NCBI RefSeq assembly: GCF_028368995.1
Contig: NZ_JAQNDL010000005.1
Location: 576,001 to 640,000 of the forward strand
DNA: 64,000 nt
Direction of reading: 5' to 3'
DNA from: Nannocystis bainbridge
GTDB lineage: Bacteria; Myxococcota_A; Polyangia; Nannocystales; Nannocystaceae
The position numbers were made by a program, and so were the translations under genes. The notes under the pieces are model-generated. The model saw only the letters and a program-made list of their open reading frames with translations, did not search any database and had not been told where the DNA came from. Shown piece after piece: positions 30,013 to 39,689 of this stretch (position 1 is the stretch's first letter; each line of letters starts with the position of its first letter).

Positions 30013-31710
30013 TCACGGCGTGAAGGCGACCTCGAGCTTGCCGCCCAGCGCCACCGCCGCGTCGACCAGCCCGTCCTTGACGCTGAAGTTCTCGACCTCG
30101 ATCGCCGTGACCTCCGCGTCCACCTGCAGGCGGCCGGCCACGGCCCCGCCGAGCGCCTTCGACACCGCGTCGCTGAGCGCGGCCGCCCGCGTGTCCAGCT
30201 TCCAGCGGGCCTTGTCGGCCACCAGCTTGCGCAGCGCCGCGTACTGCGACTCCGACAGCTTCTTCAGCGCCGCGTTGTCGGTGTCGACCGTGTAGTCGAA
30301 GTTCTCGATCGCCAGCTCACGCGCCCGCGCGTCCCACTCGAGGTCGCCCTGCAGCTTGAGCTCGCCGCGGATCGCCCCGCCGACGCCGACCGCGAAGGTC
30401 AGGCGGTGCGGGTGCCGGCCCTCGAACGCGTCGACCAGCTTCACGTAGGTGATGACGATGTCGGGCGTGTTGCGGCCGTCGAGCTTGACGTTGCCGAGCC
30501 GCTTGCTCAGCTCCTCGTTCAGCTGGCTGATCGGCAGGCGCAGGCGCGACTTGAACGCGAAGCCCGGCGGGTCGGTCACCGGCTGCAGCTTCGGCAGCGG
30601 CACCGGCTTGACCGCCGGCTTGGCGCCGAGCGTCACCACCAGCTGACCGGCCAGCCCGAGGTCGACGCGCAGGGAGCCGCCGTCCATCCGCGGCTGCGAC
30701 ACCCCGAGCGCCGTCGGCTTGGCCACCAGCCACGCCGGCGTCGAACAAATCGCCCCGGCCTCGGGCGGGCAGCGGCCCTGCGCGAACTGCTGCAGCGACT
30801 GCGGCTGCTGCAGCCCCGCCCACAGCGTCTGCGCCTGCTTCTTCAGGTTGAGCTGCTTCTCGAACTGCGCGTCGGCCTGCGCGAGCGCCTGCTGGATCTT
30901 CGGCACCAGCTGCTTCTGCAAGTTCTTGTTGACCATCGGCGCGACCGACTCCTTGGTGATGCACACCTTGGCCAGCGCCTTGACGCACACCTGCCCGCTC
31001 GGCGCCGGCCCGAAGTCGATGTCGTCGAGCGCCGGCGCGGCCGTCACCCGGAAATCGTTCTCGATCTTGAAGTCGGCGTGGAACTTGGCCGCCACCTTCT
31101 GCGGCTCGGCCTTGGTGCCCCACGTCTCGCCCTTCGTGATCCAGATCAGCCGCTTGCCGATCTTCGTCGACGCGCGCACGTCGGCCGCGTAGCGCACGTT
31201 CACGGCCACGTCGAGGCGACCGTCGTCGAACTTGGCCTTGATCGGATCGCGCCAGATCGTGTAGCGGACCTCGATCTTGGTGGCCGACTTCGGGTCGCTG
31301 ACCACCTGCCAGTCCTGCGTGATCGTCTTCTGGATCAGGCTGTCGACCTTGTTCACCGCGCCGTCGAAGTCGACGCGCAGCGGGACGACGATCTGGGTGC
31401 CGTCACGCACGCCCGGCGGCGGCTCTTCCGGCCGCGGATCGGGCCGCGGCGGCGGCTCTTGCGGCTTGGCCGGCTTGCCCGGCCCGGACGGCTTCGGCGT
31501 CGGCTTGGCGGGCTTCGGCGCCGGCTTCGGGGTCGGCTTCGGCTTCGGCTTCGAGCTCGACGGCTTCGGCTGCGGCTTCTTCGCGGGCTTCGGCTTGCCC
31601 GCCGTGCCCCTCGGCGGCGAGCTCGGCCCCGAATACGGCACGCGGACGATGGTGCAGCTGCAGAGAAATGCGAGCAGCGTCGCGAAGGTGAGCTTGGGTG
31701 TCGGGAGCAT
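30013..31710 (-). CDS. DUF4403-like lipoprotein with Pro-Lys linker
   Basis: LCSC lipobox, PKPKP linker, YTIWRDP and AWLVAKP motifs; GAGGA RBS. Confidence 0.75.
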   Translation of the reverse strand: MLPTPKLTFATLLAFLCSCTIVRVPYSGPSSPPRGTAGKPKPAKKPQPKPSSSKPKPKPTPKPAPKPAKPTPKPSGPGKPAKPQEPPPRPDPRPEEPPPGVRDGTQIVVPLRVDFDGAVNKVDSLIQKTITQDWQVVSDPKSATKIEVRYTIWRDPIKAKFDDGRLDVAVNVRYAADVRASTKIGKRLIWITKGETWGTKAEPQKVAAKFHADFKIENDFRVTAAPALDDIDFGPAPSGQVCVKALAKVCITKESVAPMVNKNLQKQLVPKIQQALAQADAQFEKQLNLKKQAQTLWAGLQQPQSLQQFAQGRCPPEAGAICSTPAWLVAKPTALGVSQPRMDGGSLRVDLGLAGQLVVTLGAKPAVKPVPLPKLQPVTDPPGFAFKSRLRLPISQLNEELSKRLGNVKLDGRNTPDIVITYVKLVDAFEGRHPHRLTFAVGVGGAIRGELKLQGDLEWDARARELAIENFDYTVDTDNAALKKLSESQYAALRKLVADKARWKLDTRAAALSDAVSKALGGAVAGRLQVDAEVTAIEVENFSVKDGLVDAAVALGGKLEVAFTP

Positions 31711-32134
31711 CGCGTCCTCAGACTCCGAAATCCCGGCGCGCTTCACCTCGCGCGACCCCGGACCACGGGCCGGGCGAGCATCGCCGGCGCGGCCGCGACA
31801 GGGAAGCCGGCTCGCTCCGGCGCGCGATCGCCCGCCTCTCGCGCATGCGCCCGCGCCCTCGCGCGCGACCTCGCCGGACCCCTCGGCTCGCAAATGCGAG
31901 CAGGCCCCACAAAGCCGGGCCCCGGGCCGTTCGCGCAGCCTACGCCGAGCTCGACCGCAGCGCTCGCGGGCCTCGCCTGCGGCCGATACGCGGGCGCCCA
32001 CGCCTCGCAGCGCGCCAACGACCTGAGCGTGCTCACGAGGCTCTCCCGGCGCGCCGCTGCGCAGCGGAGCGATCTGCCGGCGAGTCCCCGACACCCCGCT
32101 CATCCCCGCCACCGACCCTTCGACCCTGTCTCGC

Positions 32135-32192
32135 GACCTGACTCATCGGCCATGCCGCGCTCGCACGCTCGACCTGTCCTGTGGGCCATGTG
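32135..32192. repeat. Two degenerate 14-bp-period pairs
   Basis: gacctgac-tcatcg-gccatgcc (32135-32156) and gacctgtc-ctgtgg-gccatgtg (32171-32192). Confidence 0.55.
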
Positions 32193-32553
32193 CGATCGAG
32201 CCTGGGGTTCTTCGCCGGCATCGTCGGCATGGGCATCATTCGCGACAAACAGCGCGAGCCCTGCGATCCTGGCGATTCATCGCAAATCGCGGCACTCGTA
32301 CGAAGATCCCCGAGACGGCGCCCGCGCCGGTCCGATCGGCCCCTCGCGCTCGCGCTCGCTGCATGTGCATCGACATCCCACGCGCGTGCTTTGCGCTCAC
32401 GCCATTGTCTACACCCGACGCTGCGCGGACGCGCCCTCGCCGGCCCGCGTGCGATCGTCGATATCTCCGCGCCACGCGGCGAAAGGGCCGCTCGCAACGA
32501 TTTCCGCTCGCTTTTTGCGTGGCCGATGGCGCCGGCCGGGTCACGGAAGAGAC

Positions 32554-33075
32554 ATGCGTACCAAGCACAAACACCTCGCCTGGATCGCGCTCACGCTTGC
32601 CTTCGGCTTCGCTTGCGATCATGACTCCACCGAACCGCGCAAGGCGGACGCCGACGCGCTGATCCCCTGCGCCGGACCTGTCGGCCTGCAGTGCCCCGAG
32701 GGCCTCGCCTGTCGCTACGACGGCGCCGACGACTGCGACCCTGACCAGGGCGACGTCGACTGCGAGGGCCACTGCCAGGCCGAAGAGCCGGTCTCCTGCG
32801 GCGGCGTCGCCGGCTTCGACTGCCCCGGCGACCGCCCCTGCGTCGACGATCCGAGCGACGGCTGCGACCCCGACGACGGCGGCGCCGATTGCCTCGGCAT
32901 CTGCGTCATGCCCCCGATCGCCCATTGCGGCGGCCCTCTCGGCGACGTCTGCCCGCTCGGCCAGCTCTGCGTCGACGATCCGAACGACGACTGCGACCCG
33001 GCCGCTGGCGGCATCGAATGCATCGGTCTTTGCGAGGACATGGAGATCCTCGAGAAGGCGCCCGCCGAGCGCTGA
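32554..33075 (+). CDS. Small lipoprotein with three CGG..G..CP....CVDDP.D.CDP..GG.DC.G.C repeats
   Basis: FGFAC lipobox; three Cys/Asp-rich repeats. Confidence 0.85.
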   Translation: MRTKHKHLAWIALTLAFGFACDHDSTEPRKADADALIPCAGPVGLQCPEGLACRYDGADDCDPDQGDVDCEGHCQAEEPVSCGGVAGFDCPGDRPCVDDPSDGCDPDDGGADCLGICVMPPIAHCGGPLGDVCPLGQLCVDDPNDDCDPAAGGIECIGLCEDMEILEKAPAER

Positions 33076-33330
33076 TCGGGCCCGCGCCGACTTCAATGTC
33101 GGGTCCCACCAATCCATCGGGCCGGGTCCTCGCAATCGCAGGGGACAATCAGCGCACCTTTGCTGACCCTCGGTTACCGACCGATCCCGGCGCCGGGCGG
33201 GCGTGAGCCAGCCCCGTGCAGCGGCACACGCGGCCTCCCGCCGGCCTCTGCCGCCCCGGGACGCCGCCATCGCCGCGTGACGCCCGGTCCGCGGGCGCGG
33301 GCGCGCCCGCGTTCTGGTACGCTGGCTCCG

Positions 33331-34578
33331 ATGAACCTGCGTCGCCTGACCCCGAGTGTCTGTCTATTGGCCCTGCTCGCGGCGTGCAGCGAACCGCAGG
33401 CCGAGAGCGCCGGCACTGGCACCACCGACGGCACCGGCGGGCCTGACAGCACCGGCACCGACCCGACGACCGGCACCTCGAGCGACGTCACCGGCCCCGA
33501 GCCCACCACCAGCACCACCGACCCCGGCACCACCGGCGACCCCGAGCCGCCGCCCGAGCCCGAGGCCTTCTCCGTGCTGCAGGACATCGTGTTTTACGAC
33601 GGCTACGCCGGCACCGTCGACGAGCCCATCCCCGAGGGCGTCATTCGTCACCGCAACGACCTCGTCGCCACGCGCTTCGGCGACGACATGCTGGCCAAGA
33701 TCCAGACCACCCTCACTCTCGGCGTCATCGTCGGCGCCCTGTGCGACAACTACGATCGCATCGGCGCCGTCCATCTGGCGCTGGTCCCCAAGGGCGCCCA
33801 GACCTACGATCCCGCCGAGGTCGACCGCCTCGAGGTGGCGCGCTTCATCACCCCGTTCATGGACATGAACAAGCACCCGATGACGGTGCCCTACGAGTGG
33901 CAGGCCAGCAATCTGGTGCCGATCCTCAAGGACCCGGAGCTGCTCGCCGAATACGACTTCTGGTTCGAGCTGATGATCTTCGGCGTGCCGTACGCCGCCA
34001 ACGAGGAGGTCGCCGGCTGCGCTGGTCGCAACGACACCCAGCTCGGCACCCTGCTGCTCTACACCGACAGCAAGCAGCCCGCCCCGCAGTTCGACACCCT
34101 CGTCCCGGTCGCCATCGGCCAGGAGTTTAACAATTATGCCGAGGGCGCCAGCGACGAGCTCGGCACCACCCGCAAGACCGTCACCTTCGAGCTCCCGGCC
34201 GACACCGCCAACGCCCAGCTCGTGCTCATCACCTCCAACCACGGCGCCAACGCCGGCGGCGAGGAGTACATCCGCCGCGACCACTTCGTCTACCTCGACG
34301 GCAAGCTGTTGCACGTGTACAAGCCCGGCCGCCCGACCTGCGAGCCGTTCCGCGTCTACAACACCCAGCCCAACGGCATTTACGGCCCCTACAAGCAGTC
34401 CGACGAGGCGTGGCAGTCCTTCAGCAACTGGTGCCCCGGCGACGTGATCGACACTCGCATCCTCCCCTGGGGCAGCGCCAAGGCCGGCCCGCACGAGTTC
34501 GTCATCGAAGTCCCCGACGCCACCTTCGCCGACAACCAGGGCAACTTCCCGTTCTCGCTCTACGTGCAGGCCGAGTAG
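33331..34578 (+). CDS. Peptide-N-glycosidase F (PNGase F)-family lipoprotein
   Basis: DNYDR, EVARFITPF, NHG...GEEY, NWCPG; LAAC lipobox; TACGCT 7 nt before ATG. Confidence 0.85.
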   Translation: MNLRRLTPSVCLLALLAACSEPQAESAGTGTTDGTGGPDSTGTDPTTGTSSDVTGPEPTTSTTDPGTTGDPEPPPEPEAFSVLQDIVFYDGYAGTVDEPIPEGVIRHRNDLVATRFGDDMLAKIQTTLTLGVIVGALCDNYDRIGAVHLALVPKGAQTYDPAEVDRLEVARFITPFMDMNKHPMTVPYEWQASNLVPILKDPELLAEYDFWFELMIFGVPYAANEEVAGCAGRNDTQLGTLLLYTDSKQPAPQFDTLVPVAIGQEFNNYAEGASDELGTTRKTVTFELPADTANAQLVLITSNHGANAGGEEYIRRDHFVYLDGKLLHVYKPGRPTCEPFRVYNTQPNGIYGPYKQSDEAWQSFSNWCPGDVIDTRILPWGSAKAGPHEFVIEVPDATFADNQGNFPFSLYVQAE

Positions 34579-34594
34579 CCCTTCTCCGCCGAGC

Positions 34595-34616
34595 AACCTG
34601 TCCTTCAGGACAAATC
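34595..34616. repeat. 14-bp-period array (2 units)
   Basis: aacctgtc-cttcag-gacaaatc, 17 bp after the stop. Confidence 0.75.
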
Positions 34617-34803
34617 GCAGCGCGGGCTCGCGGGCCCGGCCCCCCACGCCCCGGTGACCCGCAATCTGCGGCCAAGCGCCCGCAGGCCCGCGCCACGAGG
34701 CCCCGCCGTGGCGACGAGCATGTGCGGATGCGCCCGGCCTCGCATCGCCGATTCGCGTGTTTCGTCGCCGACCGCGAGACGCCGGCTGCCATCCTTCGCT
34801 ACC

Positions 34804-37137
34804 ATGGCCAACGTGCGCCCTCTCTACCTCGTACCGCTCACCTTCGCTGCGCTGACGGCTTGCACCTCCGACCCTGTGGCGAACGACGAGGCCGGCGACA
34901 CGCAGAATACCACCAGCGGCACCGACACCACCGGTGGCACCGTGCCGACCACCAGCCTCCCTGGCACCACCAGCGACACCGGCGACACCACCGGCGAGCC
35001 GCCCACGCTCGACACCTACAAGTTCGCCGGTGGTTGCTACGCCCTGCGCAGCGGCGACCAGTACCTCGCCGCCGGCGACCCCACCACCTTCGCCTTTGCG
35101 GCCGACAAGGCCGGCGCCGCGCGCTTCACCATGCGCGCCGCCGACCTCGGCACCTACCTCTTTTACGATCAGGACGGCGGCTACCTCGTCGCCGACGACG
35201 GCCCGCTCGTGCGCCAGACCGTGCTCGAGTCCGACGTCACCCGCATCGACGACGCCTACGTGTCCGGCGCCGAATGGACGCTCGAGACCTCGCTCGCCGA
35301 CTGGACGCAATACCAGCTGCGCAACCGCCGGAACGACCGCCTGCTCGGCGCCGGCGCCCTCGCCGACGACGGCCTCCCCGTCACCTTCGAGCCCGCCGAG
35401 GGTTGCAAGCCTTACCCTGAGCTCAGCCTCGACGCCACCGGCCAGATCGCCCGCACCATGTTCGACGACGGCGACCTCTACGGCATCGTCGACACCCACT
35501 CGCACATCCACTCCAACTACGCCTTCGGCGGCGGCGGCCTGTTCCACGGCGGCGCCTATCACCGCCTCGGCGTCGAGCATGCATTGCCCGATTGCTCGAT
35601 CTCCCACGGCGACATGGGCCGCAAGGACTTCTTCGGCTACATCTTCGACAACTCCGGCAACGAAGAGGCCGACCTCGCCAGCCTCTTGCCCGACCTCGTC
35701 GCCAAGCAGCTCGCCGAGGACAATCACGCCACCGCCGGCTGGCCCGAGTTCACCGAATGGCCTGACGGTCCGCGGCGCTCGACCCACCAGACCCAGTACT
35801 GGATGTGGCTGCAGCGGGCCTACCTCGCCGGCCTGCGCCTGGTCGTCCAGCACGCCACCACCAACGCCATCATCTGCGACTTCATGATCGGCGAGGGCAT
35901 CCAGGCCAGCCGCTACGGCTGCGACGACATGACCGCCGTCGACCGCATCATCGACGAGACCTACGCCATGGAGCGCTACATCGACGCCCAGGCGGGCGGC
36001 CCCGGGCTCGGGTGGTTCCGCGTCGTCCACACCCCCGCCGAGGCGCGCGAGGTCATCGCCGGCGGCAAGCTGGCTGTCATCCTCGGCATCGAGACCTCCA
36101 ACCTGTTCGACTGCAGGATCTCCCCGCTGGCCGGCGATCCTGCCTGCGACGAGGCCTACGTCGAGGCCCAGCTCGACCATTACTACGACCTCGGCGTGCG
36201 GGCCGTCTTCCCCGTCCACAAGTACGACAACAAGTTCTCGCCCGGCGACGGCGACCGCGCCTTCATCGAGCTCGGCAACTTCGCCAACAGCGGCCACTGG
36301 TCCAACTTCACCCTCGAATGTCCTGACCCGCAGGTCGGCGGGTTCGACAGCGGCAACGTCAATTTCGGCGGCCTCAACATGCCGCGCGACGTCTATGATT
36401 CGCCCGCCCCCAATGACAACAGCAATTTCCCCGGCGCCCCGCTGACCACCACCACCAAGTACCTCGGCCAGATCCTCGAACCTGCGCTCGAGGGCCCCTA
36501 CTGTCAGAACGCCAGCCTCACCCCGCTGGGCGAGCACATGATCGGTCAGATGATGGCGCGCGGCATGATCATCGAGGTCGACCACCTCCCGCAGTGGTCC
36601 TACGTCCGCGCCTACGAGCTGCTGCAGGCCGCCAGCTACCCCGCCTCCGGCAGCCACGGGCGCAACAACGGCGGCCTCCTCTACGAGCTCGGCGGCGTCT
36701 CGGCCGGCGGCTTCGGCACCTGTCGCGGCGACGCCCCCGGCACCACCGTGCAGGGCTTCAAGGACAAGATCCAGCTCATCATGGACAACGGCGGCTACCC
36801 GGCCGAGGGCTTCGGCTTCGACCTCAACGGGTTCGCCGGCGCCCGCCGCCCGCGCTTCGGCGACGGCGCCTGCCCGACCCCGCAGGCCGACCCCGTCACC
36901 TACCCCTTCAACTCGTTCGCCGGCGACATCGAGTTCACCCCGCCGGTCGTCGGCAACCGCGAGCTCGACTTCAACACCGAGGGCCTCACCCACATCGGCC
37001 TCTTGCCCGAGCTCATCGAGGACGCCCGCCGCGACGCCGTCGACGAGGCCGACCTCGAGCCGCTGTTCCGCTCGGCCGAGGGCTACATTCGCATGTGGGA
37101 GCTCGCCGAGGCCCGCGCCGCCGCCCTCGGGCGCTGA
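34804..37137 (+). CDS. Membrane-dipeptidase-type amidohydrolase lipoprotein with N-terminal beta-trefoil-like domain
   Basis: DTHSH, LAVILGIE, FPVH, IEVDH, SH, GFDLNG, GLTHIGLLPELIED, LFRSAEGY; start 34804 or GTG 34813. Confidence 0.85.
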   Translation: MANVRPLYLVPLTFAALTACTSDPVANDEAGDTQNTTSGTDTTGGTVPTTSLPGTTSDTGDTTGEPPTLDTYKFAGGCYALRSGDQYLAAGDPTTFAFAADKAGAARFTMRAADLGTYLFYDQDGGYLVADDGPLVRQTVLESDVTRIDDAYVSGAEWTLETSLADWTQYQLRNRRNDRLLGAGALADDGLPVTFEPAEGCKPYPELSLDATGQIARTMFDDGDLYGIVDTHSHIHSNYAFGGGGLFHGGAYHRLGVEHALPDCSISHGDMGRKDFFGYIFDNSGNEEADLASLLPDLVAKQLAEDNHATAGWPEFTEWPDGPRRSTHQTQYWMWLQRAYLAGLRLVVQHATTNAIICDFMIGEGIQASRYGCDDMTAVDRIIDETYAMERYIDAQAGGPGLGWFRVVHTPAEAREVIAGGKLAVILGIETSNLFDCRISPLAGDPACDEAYVEAQLDHYYDLGVRAVFPVHKYDNKFSPGDGDRAFIELGNFANSGHWSNFTLECPDPQVGGFDSGNVNFGGLNMPRDVYDSPAPNDNSNFPGAPLTTTTKYLGQILEPALEGPYCQNASLTPLGEHMIGQMMARGMIIEVDHLPQWSYVRAYELLQAASYPASGSHGRNNGGLLYELGGVSAGGFGTCRGDAPGTTVQGFKDKIQLIMDNGGYPAEGFGFDLNGFAGARRPRFGDGACPTPQADPVTYPFNSFAGDIEFTPPVVGNRELDFNTEGLTHIGLLPELIEDARRDAVDEADLEPLFRSAEGYIRMWELAEARAAALGR

Positions 37138-37161
37138 CGCCTCGCCCGCGACCCGCCGTCG

Positions 37162-37572
37162 TCACACGTCGGCTTCGTCGCGCGACTTGACCTCGAACAC
37201 GACGCTGCCGACATACACGCGATCGCCCGCGTGCAGCCCCGCGCGCGTGATCTTGCGATCGTTCACGACCACCCCGCAGGCGCTGTCGAGGTCGGTGACG
37301 ATGCAATGGCCCTCGCTGTCGAACGAGAGCGAGCAAGTCCGCCGCGACAGCGTCGGATCGTGAATGACGAGGTCGCAGCCGGGCGCGCGCCCGATGACGG
37401 TGACGGCCCGCTCGAGCGCGACCGCCTCGCCGGCGAGCACCAGCCACGCGTGCTTCGGCCGGCCGTCCTGGTCCAGCGCGAAGCGCAGCGCCGGCCCGGT
37501 CTCGCCCCCCTCGCGCCCGCCCACCCCGGCCAGGTGAGCACACGCCCCGCAGCACGACGGCTCGTCAGCCAC
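37162..37572 (-). CDS. FHA domain protein
   Basis: IGR...D..LSR..C...DLDS..GVVVN; TACGCT 6 nt before GTG. Confidence 0.85.
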   Translation of the reverse strand: MADEPSCCGACAHLAGVGGREGGETGPALRFALDQDGRPKHAWLVLAGEAVALERAVTVIGRAPGCDLVIHDPTLSRRTCSLSFDSEGHCIVTDLDSACGVVVNDRKITRAGLHAGDRVYVGSVVFEVKSRDEADV

Positions 37573-37718
37573 CGCTCCAGCGTAGCGAGCGCCCCGGCGC
37601 GCCGCCAGGCCGCAACATCACACAGTCCTCGAAGCCCCGCGCCACGCTCGCGGGACGCCCCGTCCCCACCTCGCGCGTCCGCGCCCCGCGCCCTCGCGCC
37701 TCGTGGTAGACGACCGCC

Positions 37719-38831
37719 GTGGAGCCCCGAGCACACTGTCCGCGCTGCCGACGGCCCCGGCGAGTGTGTTGGTGCGAGGCCCTCGTGCCGGTGCCCAGCA
37801 GCACCCGCGTCGTGTTCCTGCAGCACCCGCGCGAGACCAGGGTCGGCGTCAGCACCTGCCGCATGGCCCACCTTTCGCTGCCCGGCTCGCAGCTGCACGT
37901 CACCCTCGACCCCGACCGTCAGCCCGCGCTCGCCGAGCTGCTCGCCGCGCCCGACACCCACCTGCTGTTCCCCTCCGCCGACGCGGTCGACGTCGACGCC
38001 CTCGCCAGTCCACCGCGCACCCTCGTGGTCGTCGACGGCACCTGGGCCAACGCGCGCAAGCTGGTCGGCCGCAGCGCCCTGCTGCGCGCGCTCCCGCGGC
38101 TGTTCTTCCGCCCCGAGTTCACCAGCAACTATCGCATCCGCCGCGAGCCCGAGGGTCACTGCCTGTCGACCATCGAGGCCACCGCCCACGTGCTCGAGCG
38201 GCTCGAGCGGGCCCCCGGCCGCTACACGCCGATGCTGTCGGCCTTCGAGCGCATGGTCGCGATGCAGCTCGAATACGTCGCCTCCGGCGCGGGCGCGGCC
38301 CGCCACACCCGCCACAAACCGCCCCGCGCGCCCAAGCCCGCGTTCGACCACTGCGCCCCGCTGCGGGCCGCCCACGACCGATTGGTCCTGCTGCACGTCG
38401 AGCCCAACGCGTGGCCGTACCGCAGCGCCGACGCGCCGCCCGTCGAGGCCATCGAGCTGCGGGCCGTGCGGGTCGCCACCGGCGAACGCTTCACGACCCT
38501 GCTGGCCCCGCGTCAGCCCCTGTCACCGCGCGTCGCCTCCAACCTCGACCTGCCCGAGGCCACCATCCTCGCCGGCGCCCCGCTCGAGGCCACGCAGGCC
38601 GCCTGGCGCGCCTTCCTCGGCCCCGACGCGGTGCTCGGCATCTGGGGCTATCACGCCCTCTCGCTGCTGCGCATGGAGCCCGGCTGGACCCTCGCCCCCG
38701 AGCTCGACCTGCGCGCCCTGTGGCAGCGATCGATCGGCCGCGCCTCCAACCTCCCCGACGGCCAGGGCCGCGCCCCTCGCCGCCTCGCGGCGATCGAGCA
38801 GTCGCTGGCCACGCTGCTCACGAGCCCCTGA
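37719..38831 (+). CDS. DTW-domain tRNA-uridine aminocarboxypropyltransferase (TapT-like) with C-terminal extension
   Basis: CPRC...CWC, QHPRE, DGTW, YRIRREP...LSTIEA. Confidence 0.88.
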   Translation: MEPRAHCPRCRRPRRVCWCEALVPVPSSTRVVFLQHPRETRVGVSTCRMAHLSLPGSQLHVTLDPDRQPALAELLAAPDTHLLFPSADAVDVDALASPPRTLVVVDGTWANARKLVGRSALLRALPRLFFRPEFTSNYRIRREPEGHCLSTIEATAHVLERLERAPGRYTPMLSAFERMVAMQLEYVASGAGAARHTRHKPPRAPKPAFDHCAPLRAAHDRLVLLHVEPNAWPYRSADAPPVEAIELRAVRVATGERFTTLLAPRQPLSPRVASNLDLPEATILAGAPLEATQAAWRAFLGPDAVLGIWGYHALSLLRMEPGWTLAPELDLRALWQRSIGRASNLPDGQGRAPRRLAAIEQSLATLLTSP

Positions 38832-38849
38832 CGCCAGGCGCTCGGCCCC

Positions 38850-39461
38850 TCACGGCTTGGGGATGTGCAGCGTCTTGCTGATCATCAACGAACCCGACAG
38901 CGCGAACATCAGCACCAGCGGGTGCAGCTGCCAGCCGAGGTCGATCGACCCGAACCACAGCGCGTCGCCGATGCGGTCGTTCCAGGTCGCCAGCGCCAGC
39001 ACCACCACCAGCACCAGGCTGGTCGGGATCGGCGTGCCCTCGAAGTAGCGGACCTTGCCGTCGTCGCCGGACATCGACTCGGCCGTGACGTTGTAGCGGG
39101 CCAGGCGGCTGACGCCGCAGCACACGAAGTACGACAGCACGACCCAGTCCCACCCGCCCTGCATGCCGCACGCGTACGCCAACGCCGCCGGGGCCACGCC
39201 GAACGAGATCACGTCGGCGAGCGAGTCGAGCTCGCGGCCCAGCGACGACGACTTGCGGCGCCAGCGGGCGATCCGCCCATCCAGCGCGTCGAACAGGAAC
39301 GCCAGCGGGATCAGGGCCATGCCGCGCAGCAGCTGGTGCGACTGCCCGTCCTGCAGGAAGCGCATGGCGGCGAACACCGCCCCGGTGCCGCAGAAGGCGT
39401 TGGCCAGGGTGAACCAGTCGGCCAGGTGAAACTCGCGGATCATGGAGAAGTGGCGCTTCAT
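38850..39461 (-). CDS. pssA: CDP-alcohol phosphatidyltransferase (phosphatidylserine synthase type)
   Basis: DALDGRIAR...GRELDSLADVISFGVAPA, RLARYN, FEGTPIP. Confidence 0.85.
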   Translation of the reverse strand: MKRHFSMIREFHLADWFTLANAFCGTGAVFAAMRFLQDGQSHQLLRGMALIPLAFLFDALDGRIARWRRKSSSLGRELDSLADVISFGVAPAALAYACGMQGGWDWVVLSYFVCCGVSRLARYNVTAESMSGDDGKVRYFEGTPIPTSLVLVVVLALATWNDRIGDALWFGSIDLGWQLHPLVLMFALSGSLMISKTLHIPKP

Positions 39462-39632
39462 CGTCGTGTCTCTCGCGGTGCCGGATCAGGGTGCCCGATG
39501 TGGGCCTGAATTGCAGACCACCGCCGCGCCAGCGAGCTCGTGCGCGAAAGACCGCGAGCCGCCGGCCACAGCGGCGCCGGCCGGCCCTCCGCGTCGCCGC
39601 GCGAGCCCCGCGATGGAAGCCTGCCTGCCGCG

Positions 39633-39668
39633 CATATGCATCTCGGGACATGTCTATTGGAACATGTC
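39633..39668. repeat. 14-bp-period GACATGTC array (3 units)
   Basis: catatgca-tctcgg-gacatgtc-tattgg-aacatgtc; 12-bp inverted arms; about 22 bp downstream of the minus-strand stop at 39690. Confidence 0.9.
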
Positions 39669-39689
39669 CCGAGCGCCTCCGCGCACCGC

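Noticed and set aside
29938-32553. N-terminal ~870 aa of the 1045-aa plus-strand ORF
   Set aside because: Antisense shadow of the DUF4403-like gene plus intergenic DNA; only the part from ATG 32554 looks real
31711-32553. Long intergenic regions (also 21285-21777, 22837-23354) as ncRNA or riboswitch candidates
   Set aside because: No recognisable RNA family signature by eye; would need an Rfam search or RNA-seq
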